This document shows, piece by piece, positions 8,238 through 17,095 of a stretch of DNA of 32,262 nucleotides; position 1 is the stretch's first letter; every line of letters starts with the position of its first letter. The notes below the pieces were generated by a model. It was not told where the DNA came from and ran no database searches. It saw only the letters and a program-made list of their open reading frames with translations. The DNA comes from an uncultured Alistipes sp. (GTDB lineage: Bacteria; Bacteroidota; Bacteroidia; Bacteroidales; Rikenellaceae). The stretch covers positions 1 through 32,262 of the forward strand of contig CAZESW010000001.1 in NCBI GenBank assembly GCA_964514795.1, written 5' to 3'. Both the position numbers and the translations under genes were made by a program.

Positions 8238-8987
8238 ATGAGTAACAACAAAACCGTTGTCCCTGGAATGGGCAACTCTTTCGGATTTGGAGGTTCGTCG
8301 AATCAGAACGGACAATTTTCTAATAATCAGCAACCTGCGCAAGGATACAATGGAACGCATTTCCCGGGAATGGATGCAGGAGTCCGTGGCGGAACGATGG
8401 CGGCGACTGAAACGCACAAGCCTGTTATGGGATTTTTGTACAGTGTTTCGCGTACGGCTTGCGGCGAATATTGGCCGCTTTACATGGGTCTGAATACGAT
8501 AGGCCGCTCTACCACCTGCTCCGTCCGTCTGTCGGAGGCTACGATTTCGGACAATCATGCCGAAATAGTTATTCGCCAGATGAAAAATCCGGACAGCGTT
8601 CTGGTTTCGATTCAGGATGCCCGTTCGACCTGCGGAACCCTGCTCAACGGAAGCAGCCTCGGATTCGATGCGCAGGAGTGCCATAACGGCGATATTATTA
8701 CTATCGGCGAACATTACGAGTTGTATTTTGTGCTTATAGACACCAAGGCTCTCGGTCTGGATGTCAGAACGGATTTCATCCCGACAGGAGCCGCACTCGG
8801 AGGCGGTCAGATGCCGATGAATCCTATGGGCGGTCCTGCCGGCGTAACTATCCCGTTCGGTCAGTCGCAGACTCCACAGCCGGCTCCGGCTCCGCAGTTT
8901 ACCCAGGTGGCTGGCGGTAATGCGAATGCAGGTTTCCAGCAGCAGCGTTCGAGCTCGACTGTAATTATGCCGGGTTTAAAGAAATAG
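8238..8987 (+). CDS. Cytoplasmic FHA-domain protein with low-complexity flanks
   Basis: NTIGRS...ATISDNHA...DARSTCGTLLNG...NGDIITIG FHA pattern; Gly/Gln/Pro-rich termini; no TM segment. Confidence 0.85.
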   Translation: MSNNKTVVPGMGNSFGFGGSSNQNGQFSNNQQPAQGYNGTHFPGMDAGVRGGTMAATETHKPVMGFLYSVSRTACGEYWPLYMGLNTIGRSTTCSVRLSEATISDNHAEIVIRQMKNPDSVLVSIQDARSTCGTLLNGSSLGFDAQECHNGDIITIGEHYELYFVLIDTKALGLDVRTDFIPTGAALGGGQMPMNPMGGPAGVTIPFGQSQTPQPAPAPQFTQVAGGNANAGFQQQRSSSTVIMPGLKK

Positions 8988-9031
8988 GTAACATACAATC
9001 CGCGAATGCCGGATAGCTGGTAAACTGTTGT

Positions 9032-10012
9032 ATGCAGAATGTTGTAGTAGGGCAGAACTCATCGATTGTTTATCTTTTAGTAAACGGATTCTGGTATTGT
9101 TACGACTCTGCCGGATACACTCTGGGCGATGGCGCAATGGGAGTCGTTTATCTCGGTTTCAGATGCGACAATCAGGACCGGGTGGCGATAAAGAAGGTAA
9201 AAGACGAATACGCTAATAACAGACGGGTCAGAGAGTGTGCACGCAATGAAGCGCTTATGGCGTTCTCGCATCCGAATATCGTCAGGATGCTCGGATATTG
9301 CGAATATGCCGAGGATTATGGACCTATATATATATTAAGCGAATATGTACCGGGTATTACGTTCGAGGATCATGTAAGGATGCGGCTGTCGGTGCTCCCT
9401 GCGAAAGACCGTATTGCCAGGATAGTTTCTGATTTGCGCCCGATATGGTCGGCTTTGCAGTATCTGCATTCCAACGGTGTGGTGCATAAAGATATTAAAC
9501 CGTCCAACCTGATGATAGACAGTATGTCCCGGGTGAAACTGATGGACTTGGGCGTATCCGGGTTGTTCGGCGATTCGTCGGAGCGTATTTTGGAGTTTGT
9601 CGGAACCCCGCAATATGCGGCTCCGGAACAGATTCCGAGTTCGGGGGTCTACGGCGCGATAGATGCGAGAACGGACATTTATGCATTCGGGGTCATGCTT
9701 TACGAACTGATTACAGGCGTCAATCCGTTTGCGGGAGACTCTTATGAAGAAACATTGAGCAACCAGATTCATAAAGAGTTGCCGAATGATAACGTCTTGC
9801 CGCCGGAGTTGTTCAGGATAATCAGAAAGGCAACGGCTAAGAATCCGGATTCGAGATACGGTTCGGTTGCGGAGGTTGATGCGGATATCGTCCGGTTCCT
9901 TAATCCGAAAAGTCCGGACGGCGTGTCGTCGAAGGTCGTAGTTGCGGTTGTCGGTATTATGCTAATATTGCTGTCTGTTGTTGCGGCGGCTTTAATTATA
10001 AGTAGTTTATAG
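9032..10012 (+). CDS. Hanks-type Ser/Thr protein kinase with C-terminal TM anchor
   Basis: GDGAMGVVY, VAIKK, HPNIV, HKDIKPSN, DLG, GTPQYAAPE, DIYAFG; hydrophobic C-terminal helix. Confidence 0.93.
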   Translation: MQNVVVGQNSSIVYLLVNGFWYCYDSAGYTLGDGAMGVVYLGFRCDNQDRVAIKKVKDEYANNRRVRECARNEALMAFSHPNIVRMLGYCEYAEDYGPIYILSEYVPGITFEDHVRMRLSVLPAKDRIARIVSDLRPIWSALQYLHSNGVVHKDIKPSNLMIDSMSRVKLMDLGVSGLFGDSSERILEFVGTPQYAAPEQIPSSGVYGAIDARTDIYAFGVMLYELITGVNPFAGDSYEETLSNQIHKELPNDNVLPPELFRIIRKATAKNPDSRYGSVAEVDADIVRFLNPKSPDGVSSKVVVAVVGIMLILLSVVAAALIISSL

Positions 10013-10987
10013 ATGGAACTCATTAAAACAAAATTTGCGTCGAAAGGCGTTGTCGTATCCCGAATAGGCGGACGGAGCGAGAATCAGGATTGTTACGGTT
10101 TTCGCGATACGCCGCTCGGGCAGGTCGTCGTCGTGTGCGACGGTATGGGCGGAATGCAGGGCGGACGAATCGCCTCGACGATAGCGGTGAACAGCATTAT
10201 CGGTTATCTCGCATCGCAGTCGGAAGATGCCGATGTCTCCGATGCGCTGGTTCAGGCTGTCGGGCATGCCAATGCCGATATTATCAATACGGGTAGCGAA
10301 AATCCCGATTTGTATGGAATGGGAACTACGGTTACCGTATTGATTCTTAACAAAACCTGTGCGACGATAGCGTATGTCGGCGACAGCCGCATATATCAGT
10401 TGCGGGGCAAGAAAAAGGTATTCAGAACATTCGACCACTCCATGGTGTTCGAAATGGTGAAAAGCGGAGTCCTGACCGAGGAGCAGGCGCGTTTGTCGGA
10501 ACAGTCCAATGTTATTTTGAAGGCTTTGGGTGTCTATCAGGAGATTGTTCCCGATATTCACAGGCTGCCATATCTCAAAGGCGACAGATTCGTATTGTGT
10601 TCAGACGGATTCTGGGGTGCGATGCCGGAGAAAAATTTCCTGTCCTATGTGTCGCACAAGACGGACAAGATTGCGAATGTAATCGAACATACGGCAAATG
10701 TGGTCGATAAGATAGGCCGCGACAAGGGTGGAAATCATGATAATCTGACTGCCGCCATTATCGATGTGAAGTGTAATTCATTAATGAAAGTGAAAATGAG
10801 CAAGACTGTTAAATTTATTTTGGCAACGCTTATCCTGCTGTTGGTTTCCAGCGTGGCGTTGAACGTATATTTCATTGTTAAGCAGAGAAATACCGCTCAG
10901 ACCGAGCAGACAGCAGACGCCGGTTCGGCTGCTGCCACGGAAACTGGCGACGGCGCAACGAAATCTGCCGGGGCTCCCGAAGAATAG
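10013..10987 (+). CDS. PP2C/PPM family Ser/Thr phosphatase with C-terminal TM
   Basis: GGRSENQD, VCDGMGG, MGTT, VGDSR, DHS, LCSDG, HDN motifs; TM FILATLILLLVSSVALNVYFIV; starts immediately after the kinase stop codon. Confidence 0.94.
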   Translation: MELIKTKFASKGVVVSRIGGRSENQDCYGFRDTPLGQVVVVCDGMGGMQGGRIASTIAVNSIIGYLASQSEDADVSDALVQAVGHANADIINTGSENPDLYGMGTTVTVLILNKTCATIAYVGDSRIYQLRGKKKVFRTFDHSMVFEMVKSGVLTEEQARLSEQSNVILKALGVYQEIVPDIHRLPYLKGDRFVLCSDGFWGAMPEKNFLSYVSHKTDKIANVIEHTANVVDKIGRDKGGNHDNLTAAIIDVKCNSLMKVKMSKTVKFILATLILLLVSSVALNVYFIVKQRNTAQTEQTADAGSAAATETGDGATKSAGAPEE

Positions 10988-11011
10988 CAAATAATTAAAA
11001 ACAATTTGGAT

Positions 11012-11620
11012 ATGAAAAAATTTCTGACTATCGGTCGCGATACTCAATGCGATATCTGTATCAATGACAGTACGGATGTCGTGAGTCGCAATCATGCAAT
11101 TTTGGAAATCGGTTCGAACGGGAAGTATTTTATTACCGACCAGAGCCGCAACGGAACTTATGTAAACGGCATGAGAATATCGCCGAACGAGAAGGTTCCG
11201 GTAACGCGAAACGATGTCGTATCATTGGCGCACGTAAGGGAGCTCGATTGGTCTCTCGTTCCGAAGAACAACACTGTCGTGCTGTGGGCTGCAATCGCAT
11301 GCGGTGTCGTTGCAGTCGTTGCGGTCGTTGCCCTGCTGCTGCATTTCGGGGTATTCTCCGGCACCGACAGCAACAAAGGCGCTCTTAATCTCGGTGGCGG
11401 CGGTTCTGCCGTGGAGCAGCCCGGTGGCGGCGGTGCGGTAGTCGAAACTCCGGATAACGGCGACAATGCCGAAGACCCCGACAATCAGGCCCAGGAAGAG
11501 ACCAAGCCTGCCGACGAAAAGGAAAATCCGAAACCAGACAAGAAGAAACCGGCGGACGGCAACAAGAAAACGGACGACGGCAAGAAAGACGACAGCGCGG
11601 TTGTCGATGCAATTTACTAA
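11012..11620 (+). CDS. FHA-TM protein with charged low-complexity C-terminal tail
   Basis: TIGRD...VSRNHA...QSRNGTYVNG, then a TM helix and a Gly/Asp/Lys-rich tail. ATG 11012 preferred over TTG 11006. Confidence 0.88.
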   Translation: MKKFLTIGRDTQCDICINDSTDVVSRNHAILEIGSNGKYFITDQSRNGTYVNGMRISPNEKVPVTRNDVVSLAHVRELDWSLVPKNNTVVLWAAIACGVVAVVAVVALLLHFGVFSGTDSNKGALNLGGGGSAVEQPGGGGAVVETPDNGDNAEDPDNQAQEETKPADEKENPKPDKKKPADGNKKTDDGKKDDSAVVDAIY

Positions 11621-11646
11621 CAGAATAAAATAAAAACTTAAATAAT

Positions 11647-13092
11647 ATGAGACTCATTTCAATAGGAAGTTCCGCCCAGGCGCAGATTGTGCTGAACAGT
11701 CAGTTTGTCAGCGGATATCATGCAGAATTGTTGCAGCTCGACAATGGCGATATGCTGCTTGTGGACAAGGGCAGCCGCAACGGTACATTCGTTAACGGCA
11801 ACCGTATCGCTCCGGAAAAGGAGGTGTCGGTAACCCGCAACGATACGATTACTATCGCCGACCAGACTCTGGCGTGGTCGAGCATTCCGGTAATGAATAT
11901 TCCCGACAAGAATAATATTAAGGTTATCAAGGGTATAGGTACCCATTACATGAATGCGATTCATGTTTCGGGCAATCAGGTGAGCCGATTCCATGCGACT
12001 GTCAAACAGACGAAGGACGGCAAGTGGTATATCTGCGACCATAGCACCAACGGCACCACGGTGAATGGTGTACGTATTCCGAAAGACCAGTATGTCCGCT
12101 TCAAGAAAGGCGATGCGATTGCCTGTGCGGGCGTAAGTGTTCTGAACCCGGCTACCGGCAGCGGTGGCGACGGCAATATCGTTAAGACATTGAGTATCGC
12201 ACTTTGCGCCTGCCTGCTGATAGGACTCGGTGTATTTGCAGCATTGAAGTTCATTGATTTCCCAGGTTCAAAAATGTCGAATGAAGAGATATATGCCGAG
12301 TATGCGCCATCGACCGTTCTTCTGCATACCGCTTATTATTTCAAGATAACTACGCCTAAATTCGGAACGCAGAGATTTGTCGTGGAAAATGGCAAATTGC
12401 CTTATTATGACGGAAGCAATGCCATGCATGCTCTTGCATCCGGATTCTTTATTTCCGAGGACGGCGTGATTGTTACCAATCTGCATGTCGTCGCTCCGTG
12501 GCTGTTCGGAGAGGACAAGGATGTGCTGGAATATGTTAAGAATCTGTATTATAAAGCGAATTTTTCTACTGCACTCTCCGATATTAAGGTGGAAGGCGCT
12601 ATCGAATATATTGGTGCTGTTCCGAACAATCAGTTTTTCGATTCTACCAATAACATCAAGTTGCGGATTGTTATGCAGAGCGACAAAACGGATATAGATT
12701 TGGCGCTTCTGCAAACGATGAATGGCAAACTGCCTGCCGGTTCGACATACGTTCCGGTAGACAAAATCTGTACGGACAATGTTCCGGTGGGAACTAAATT
12801 GTTTACTATGGGTTTCCCGATTTCGAATTATTTGCAGGACCTGGATGACTTCGAGCGCAGTCATACGAAAGTCTTGCAGGCTACGGGTGCTGCCGGAGTG
12901 ATTACACAAAACAATGACAAATATATATATGGATTCGATGCCGCATCCTATCATGGGGCAAGCGGTTCGCCTATTTTCGATGAACACGGACGTCTGATCG
13001 GTGTTGCACGTGCCGGACTTGTCGTGCAGGGATATAATTTCGGAGTAAAGGCGAGATATCTCAAAAAACTGCTCGAATCCGACCAGGACTAA
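11647..13092 (+). CDS. Tandem FHA-FHA-TM-trypsin-like serine protease
   Basis: Two FHA-like units (VSGYHA/SRNGTFVNG and VSRFHA/STNGTTVNG), a TM helix, then ASGFFIS, TNLHV (His), DIDLALL (Asp) and GASGSP (Ser). Confidence 0.9.
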   Translation: MRLISIGSSAQAQIVLNSQFVSGYHAELLQLDNGDMLLVDKGSRNGTFVNGNRIAPEKEVSVTRNDTITIADQTLAWSSIPVMNIPDKNNIKVIKGIGTHYMNAIHVSGNQVSRFHATVKQTKDGKWYICDHSTNGTTVNGVRIPKDQYVRFKKGDAIACAGVSVLNPATGSGGDGNIVKTLSIALCACLLIGLGVFAALKFIDFPGSKMSNEEIYAEYAPSTVLLHTAYYFKITTPKFGTQRFVVENGKLPYYDGSNAMHALASGFFISEDGVIVTNLHVVAPWLFGEDKDVLEYVKNLYYKANFSTALSDIKVEGAIEYIGAVPNNQFFDSTNNIKLRIVMQSDKTDIDLALLQTMNGKLPAGSTYVPVDKICTDNVPVGTKLFTMGFPISNYLQDLDDFERSHTKVLQATGAAGVITQNNDKYIYGFDAASYHGASGSPIFDEHGRLIGVARAGLVVQGYNFGVKARYLKKLLESDQD

Positions 13093-13116
13093 CCACTTAA
13101 ATAAACAGGAACGACT

Positions 13117-14421
13117 ATGATTAGACATATTGCAACTTGTGTTATGGTGTCGTGTGCGGTCGTTTGTTCGGCGGCGGCACAAAATATCGACAAAGTTTTC
13201 GTGAAGGACGGCTCCGTGTATGAAGGCTATATATCGAGCCAGACTCCCGGCTGCAGGATATCCGTAAAGACGGAGTGCGCGACGCTGTTCGTGAACTCAA
13301 AAGACGTTACCGAACTCGTATATACGACATGCGATGTCAAAGATTTGCCCGAGCGGCTGGGCGACTGGGCAAAAAAGAATCATCCGAACGATAAGACCTT
13401 GAATGTCGCTTCCATGAGAGTGGCGGACAAGTCTTATACGAATGTCGTCGTTTTGGAAACAGGCGTGAGAATCAAGATTCTCTCCTTTGCCGACGACATG
13501 TTCGACTTGGACTGGAAAAACGTCGAGAAGACTGCCAAAACGGAGGAGTGGCTGACGAATACCGCCGGAATAATCGATGTGGTTACGCTGAAAGACGGAA
13601 AACATTTCGTCGGTCATGTGATAGAGCAGATTATCGGTTACGAACTGCGCATTCGGCTGAAATCGGGAGAGGTAAATGCCGTCCGGTTCCCGGATATTCT
13701 GAGTATCCGTTCGGAGCAGACGGATGCCGCCAAATCGCTGTGGGAGCAGCTCGACCTGCTCGACAGAGTGGAGCTTAAAGACGGTACCGCCGTCGAGGGA
13801 TTCATTACTTCGCGTGTGATGGGCCGTCATTTGACGATGATAACCCGGGACAATGCCGTGGAGAAAGAGATTCCGCTGAAAGATGTGGCGAAATACGTCA
13901 AGGTTTACAACGGGCGCAAGAGCCGGAGTGAAGAAAAGTCGGATAAAAAGAGAACCGAGCCGCGTGAGTCGCACAAGCGAAGCAGCAACCGTGATACCGG
14001 GAAGCCGAACGATGCCGAGAACAATGACAGCTCGGAGGTGTATATGAACGGACTTCCGATGACGCTCAACAGCGTAGTGCTGTGCGACGGAAATCTTAAT
14101 GCCGTCAAGAATCCGGTTAAGGATAAGGTGAGCGTCGGAATGGAAATCAAGATTGAGATGCCTGCCGCGTTTAACAATCCGGAACTGAAAATCGTTCGTA
14201 CACAGATGCGTGCCGTCGCGATGGTGAATGCCGGCAACGGAAGCAACGCCGTACCGACATTCAACAAACGGGATATAGATAAATCCTGTATAGGTTTCGG
14301 CATATCCGGTTTGGACAACGGCAATGTGGTGTTGTCGATTGTGATTACCGAGCCGGGAGTCTATGCTGTCGTTCCGGTGTCGGATGACAATAAATGCATC
14401 GTATTCGAGGTAATCAGTTAA
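13117..14421 (+). CDS. Secreted protein with repeated DxVx(L/V)KDG...G modules, function unknown
   Basis: Signal peptide ...SAAA|Q; repeats DKVFVKDGSVYEGYI, DVVTLKDGKHFVGHV and DRVELKDGTAVEGFI. Confidence 0.75.
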   Translation: MIRHIATCVMVSCAVVCSAAAQNIDKVFVKDGSVYEGYISSQTPGCRISVKTECATLFVNSKDVTELVYTTCDVKDLPERLGDWAKKNHPNDKTLNVASMRVADKSYTNVVVLETGVRIKILSFADDMFDLDWKNVEKTAKTEEWLTNTAGIIDVVTLKDGKHFVGHVIEQIIGYELRIRLKSGEVNAVRFPDILSIRSEQTDAAKSLWEQLDLLDRVELKDGTAVEGFITSRVMGRHLTMITRDNAVEKEIPLKDVAKYVKVYNGRKSRSEEKSDKKRTEPRESHKRSSNRDTGKPNDAENNDSSEVYMNGLPMTLNSVVLCDGNLNAVKNPVKDKVSVGMEIKIEMPAAFNNPELKIVRTQMRAVAMVNAGNGSNAVPTFNKRDIDKSCIGFGISGLDNGNVVLSIVITEPGVYAVVPVSDDNKCIVFEVIS

Positions 14422-14441
14422 AAAGTATACTCTGACTTGCT

Positions 14442-15539
14442 ATGAATATAATAAGAATCATCGGAGATGCCGAACGGCAGCAGGGTGTATATTACGAGTA
14501 TGACAGGGACGGTGCTCCGCTCGGCGAAGGCGGAATGGGCCGTATTTATCAGGGATTCCGCGTAGACGAATTGTCGGGCGGCTTCCGTACTCCTGTGGCG
14601 ATAAAGGCTATTCATGACAATATTTCCAGGGATCCGCAGCTGATAGAACGGGCGATGCGCGAAGCATCCATACAAATCGTTCACGAGAATCTGTTGCGCA
14701 TGTACGGATTTGTTCAGAATGTCGAGTACGACCCCGCACACGACCTCAATCTGATGCGCTACTATATGGTTATGGAGCGGCTGATAGGCGTGAATCTCGA
14801 TCAGATACTCAACGGTGTGGTATATGACCGCTCGGGTTTGGAGGTTCCTTATGCCTGCGAACTCTACCGGATGTATGCCAACGACAGAACCGCGGCTATC
14901 GTCATGGTTATGAAGAGTGTGGTGTCCGGTATCATGGCGTTGCATGACAGAGGGTTCATCCATCGCGATATCGACCCGAGCAATATCATGATTACCATAG
15001 ACAACCGAATCAAGCTGATTGACTTCGGCGTTTGCAAACACATAGATACGATGTTTGCGGAGAAATCGCTCACGCAGGCGGGTTCGTTTATCGGCAAGGT
15101 CAATTATGCGGCACCGGAGCTGGCTTTGGGCGATGTGGCGCATCAGAACCGTACGACGGATATTTATGCGCTGGGAGTGCTGATGTATCAGTTGGCTGTC
15201 GGCAGACTGCCGTTTACGGGTACCAATCAGGAGGTGCTTGCTGCGCATGTGTCCAGAAAAATGCCGGTGAACGATATTCCTAACAAGGATTTGCGCCGCA
15301 TTGTCGAAAAGGCGACCCAGAAAAAACAGGAGAAACGTTACCAGACGGCTGCCGAGCTGCTCGTGGATTTGGAGAAAGTCTCGCGCACGACTACCGGCAG
15401 CGGAACAAGAACGACAAGCGGAGGCGTAACGACTCCGGTACCGCAGGTTGATGATACCGTGAAAAATGTTCTGCTTTGGGTCGGTGTGGCTCTCGGAGGT
15501 TTGTTGATAGGTTTGTTGCTCAAACTCATAGTCGGATAG
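14442..15539 (+). CDS. Second Hanks-type Ser/Thr kinase with C-terminal TM anchor
   Basis: GEGGMGRIY, VAIK, HRDIDPSN, DFG, GKVNYAAPE, DIYALG; Thr-rich linker and terminal TM. Confidence 0.92.
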   Translation: MNIIRIIGDAERQQGVYYEYDRDGAPLGEGGMGRIYQGFRVDELSGGFRTPVAIKAIHDNISRDPQLIERAMREASIQIVHENLLRMYGFVQNVEYDPAHDLNLMRYYMVMERLIGVNLDQILNGVVYDRSGLEVPYACELYRMYANDRTAAIVMVMKSVVSGIMALHDRGFIHRDIDPSNIMITIDNRIKLIDFGVCKHIDTMFAEKSLTQAGSFIGKVNYAAPELALGDVAHQNRTTDIYALGVLMYQLAVGRLPFTGTNQEVLAAHVSRKMPVNDIPNKDLRRIVEKATQKKQEKRYQTAAELLVDLEKVSRTTTGSGTRTTSGGVTTPVPQVDDTVKNVLLWVGVALGGLLIGLLLKLIVG

Positions 15540-15541
15540 AT

Positions 15542-17095
15542 ATGGAAAATGTAAAAAAAATTGCGATACTGTTGTGTCTGTTGGTGCCGATGTTCGCCGC
15601 CGCACAGACTTTGTCCAATAAGGAGCGGCGTCATATCAATATGCGGCTGCTTAATCTTGTAGAGCAGTACGAGTCTACTGCTGCACTGTACGACGACGGG
15701 GCGAAATATGCGTTCATGCAACTTTTCGGCGACGAGAAAGCTCCGGTGTACAGCGATATGCTCGATTATGCGGCAGGCAGACAGATAGATGCCGCCGAAT
15801 ACGTGAAAGTGTTGGGCAGTAAACAGAATGTCTCCATACACATGATGAACGTCAGCCACGACGACTATGTGTTGGAGAACGGACGTTGGACGACCACCGT
15901 AACTTTCGATAAATCCATTGTTTACAATGACGACAATGGCATTCTGTTCTCGTCGCCCGAATATTATAAGGCGAACTATTCGCTTTCGCTGAAATGCGTA
16001 TACGACAAGGAGGCGGACCGCTGTTTCATCCGGTCGGTAGACGGAACGATGAACTCGGAGCGGCAGCATCTGCCGGACAAATTCGTCGTCATCAATCACA
16101 CCGACGACAAGGTGGATAAAATATCGGTGGACGGCAGTCATTTGGAGTTCAACAGCTTCGACCAGGCGTTCGCTTCCTCGGGTTCGATTCACGCCTGGAA
16201 TGACGATGTCCGCATAAAGGCCGATACGCTGGCTAAGACGGACAATTACGAGTTCGTAAACCTGAAATACCGCAAGGTGCATTGGCGTGCGAAAGTCCGT
16301 TTCGCTTACGCTCTCGGGTCGGTTTTCAAAGTCGCATCGCCGATGAAGGCGTACTCCGCCAAATCTTCCGGATTCGAGGTCGGTGCCGAATTGGGATATA
16401 ATATCCCGCTCGGCCGGACGACATCCATGGGTCTGTTCGCGGGTGCAGCCTATTCGTCGAGCAAACTCGAACTCGGAATGAACAATGTCGAATATTCCTA
16501 TCGGACGATGGACCATAGCGGCAAGGGCTATACTCGTCATTATAAGTTCGACAGTATCACGGAGGGAGTGTCTTATACCGACATCGCGGTTCCGGTTTAT
16601 CTGAATTTCGACCATAAGCTCGTCAAGAATCTGTATCTGAGTTGGAATGTAGGGGCTAAAATCTATCTTAACGGAACGATGAAGATTCAGCCTTACCATT
16701 TGTCGGGTGCGGTATATGGAGACTACAACGGCAATATCGTTTCGTCACAGTCGTCGGATGCTTTCGGCGATGTCAGCGGCGATTGCAACGTATTCCTCTA
16801 TCCGAACAGTTACAACCGCAACAAGACGGATTTAAGCGTTTTGGGCGGATTGAGCCTGAGTTACAATATCTTCAAGGGCTCGGTGCTGGCATTCCTTAAA
16901 TACAGTTACGAATACGGTCTTACGGACGTTCACAAATCCGACGGCAAGGTTTTGTTCGATGCGGACAGCAATCAATACCCGATGGTATATTCGGCTCATC
17001 GCAACGCCAATGTCGCCACCCGTTCGTTTATGGATTGCGTATCGTATAAAAGACAGACCATGTGGCTCGAACTGGGATTTATGTTTAAATTTTAA
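15542..17095 (+). CDS. Outer-membrane beta-barrel protein (PorT-like barrel) with N-terminal soluble domain
   Basis: Start at ATG 15542 gives signal MENVKKIAILLCLLVPMFAAA|Q; amphipathic strands GFEVGAELGYNI and YTDIAVPVYLNF; C-terminal BAM-type LELGFMFKF. Confidence 0.78.
   Translation: MENVKKIAILLCLLVPMFAAAQTLSNKERRHINMRLLNLVEQYESTAALYDDGAKYAFMQLFGDEKAPVYSDMLDYAAGRQIDAAEYVKVLGSKQNVSIHMMNVSHDDYVLENGRWTTTVTFDKSIVYNDDNGILFSSPEYYKANYSLSLKCVYDKEADRCFIRSVDGTMNSERQHLPDKFVVINHTDDKVDKISVDGSHLEFNSFDQAFASSGSIHAWNDDVRIKADTLAKTDNYEFVNLKYRKVHWRAKVRFAYALGSVFKVASPMKAYSAKSSGFEVGAELGYNIPLGRTTSMGLFAGAAYSSSKLELGMNNVEYSYRTMDHSGKGYTRHYKFDSITEGVSYTDIAVPVYLNFDHKLVKNLYLSWNVGAKIYLNGTMKIQPYHLSGAVYGDYNGNIVSSQSSDAFGDVSGDCNVFLYPNSYNRNKTDLSVLGGLSLSYNIFKGSVLAFLKYSYEYGLTDVHKSDGKVLFDADSNQYPMVYSAHRNANVATRSFMDCVSYKRQTMWLELGFMFKF

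Noticed and set aside
15476-15541. Upstream start of the barrel ORF given in the ORF track
   Set aside because: It overlaps kinase 2; ATG 15542 gives a clean signal peptide 2 bp after the kinase stop.
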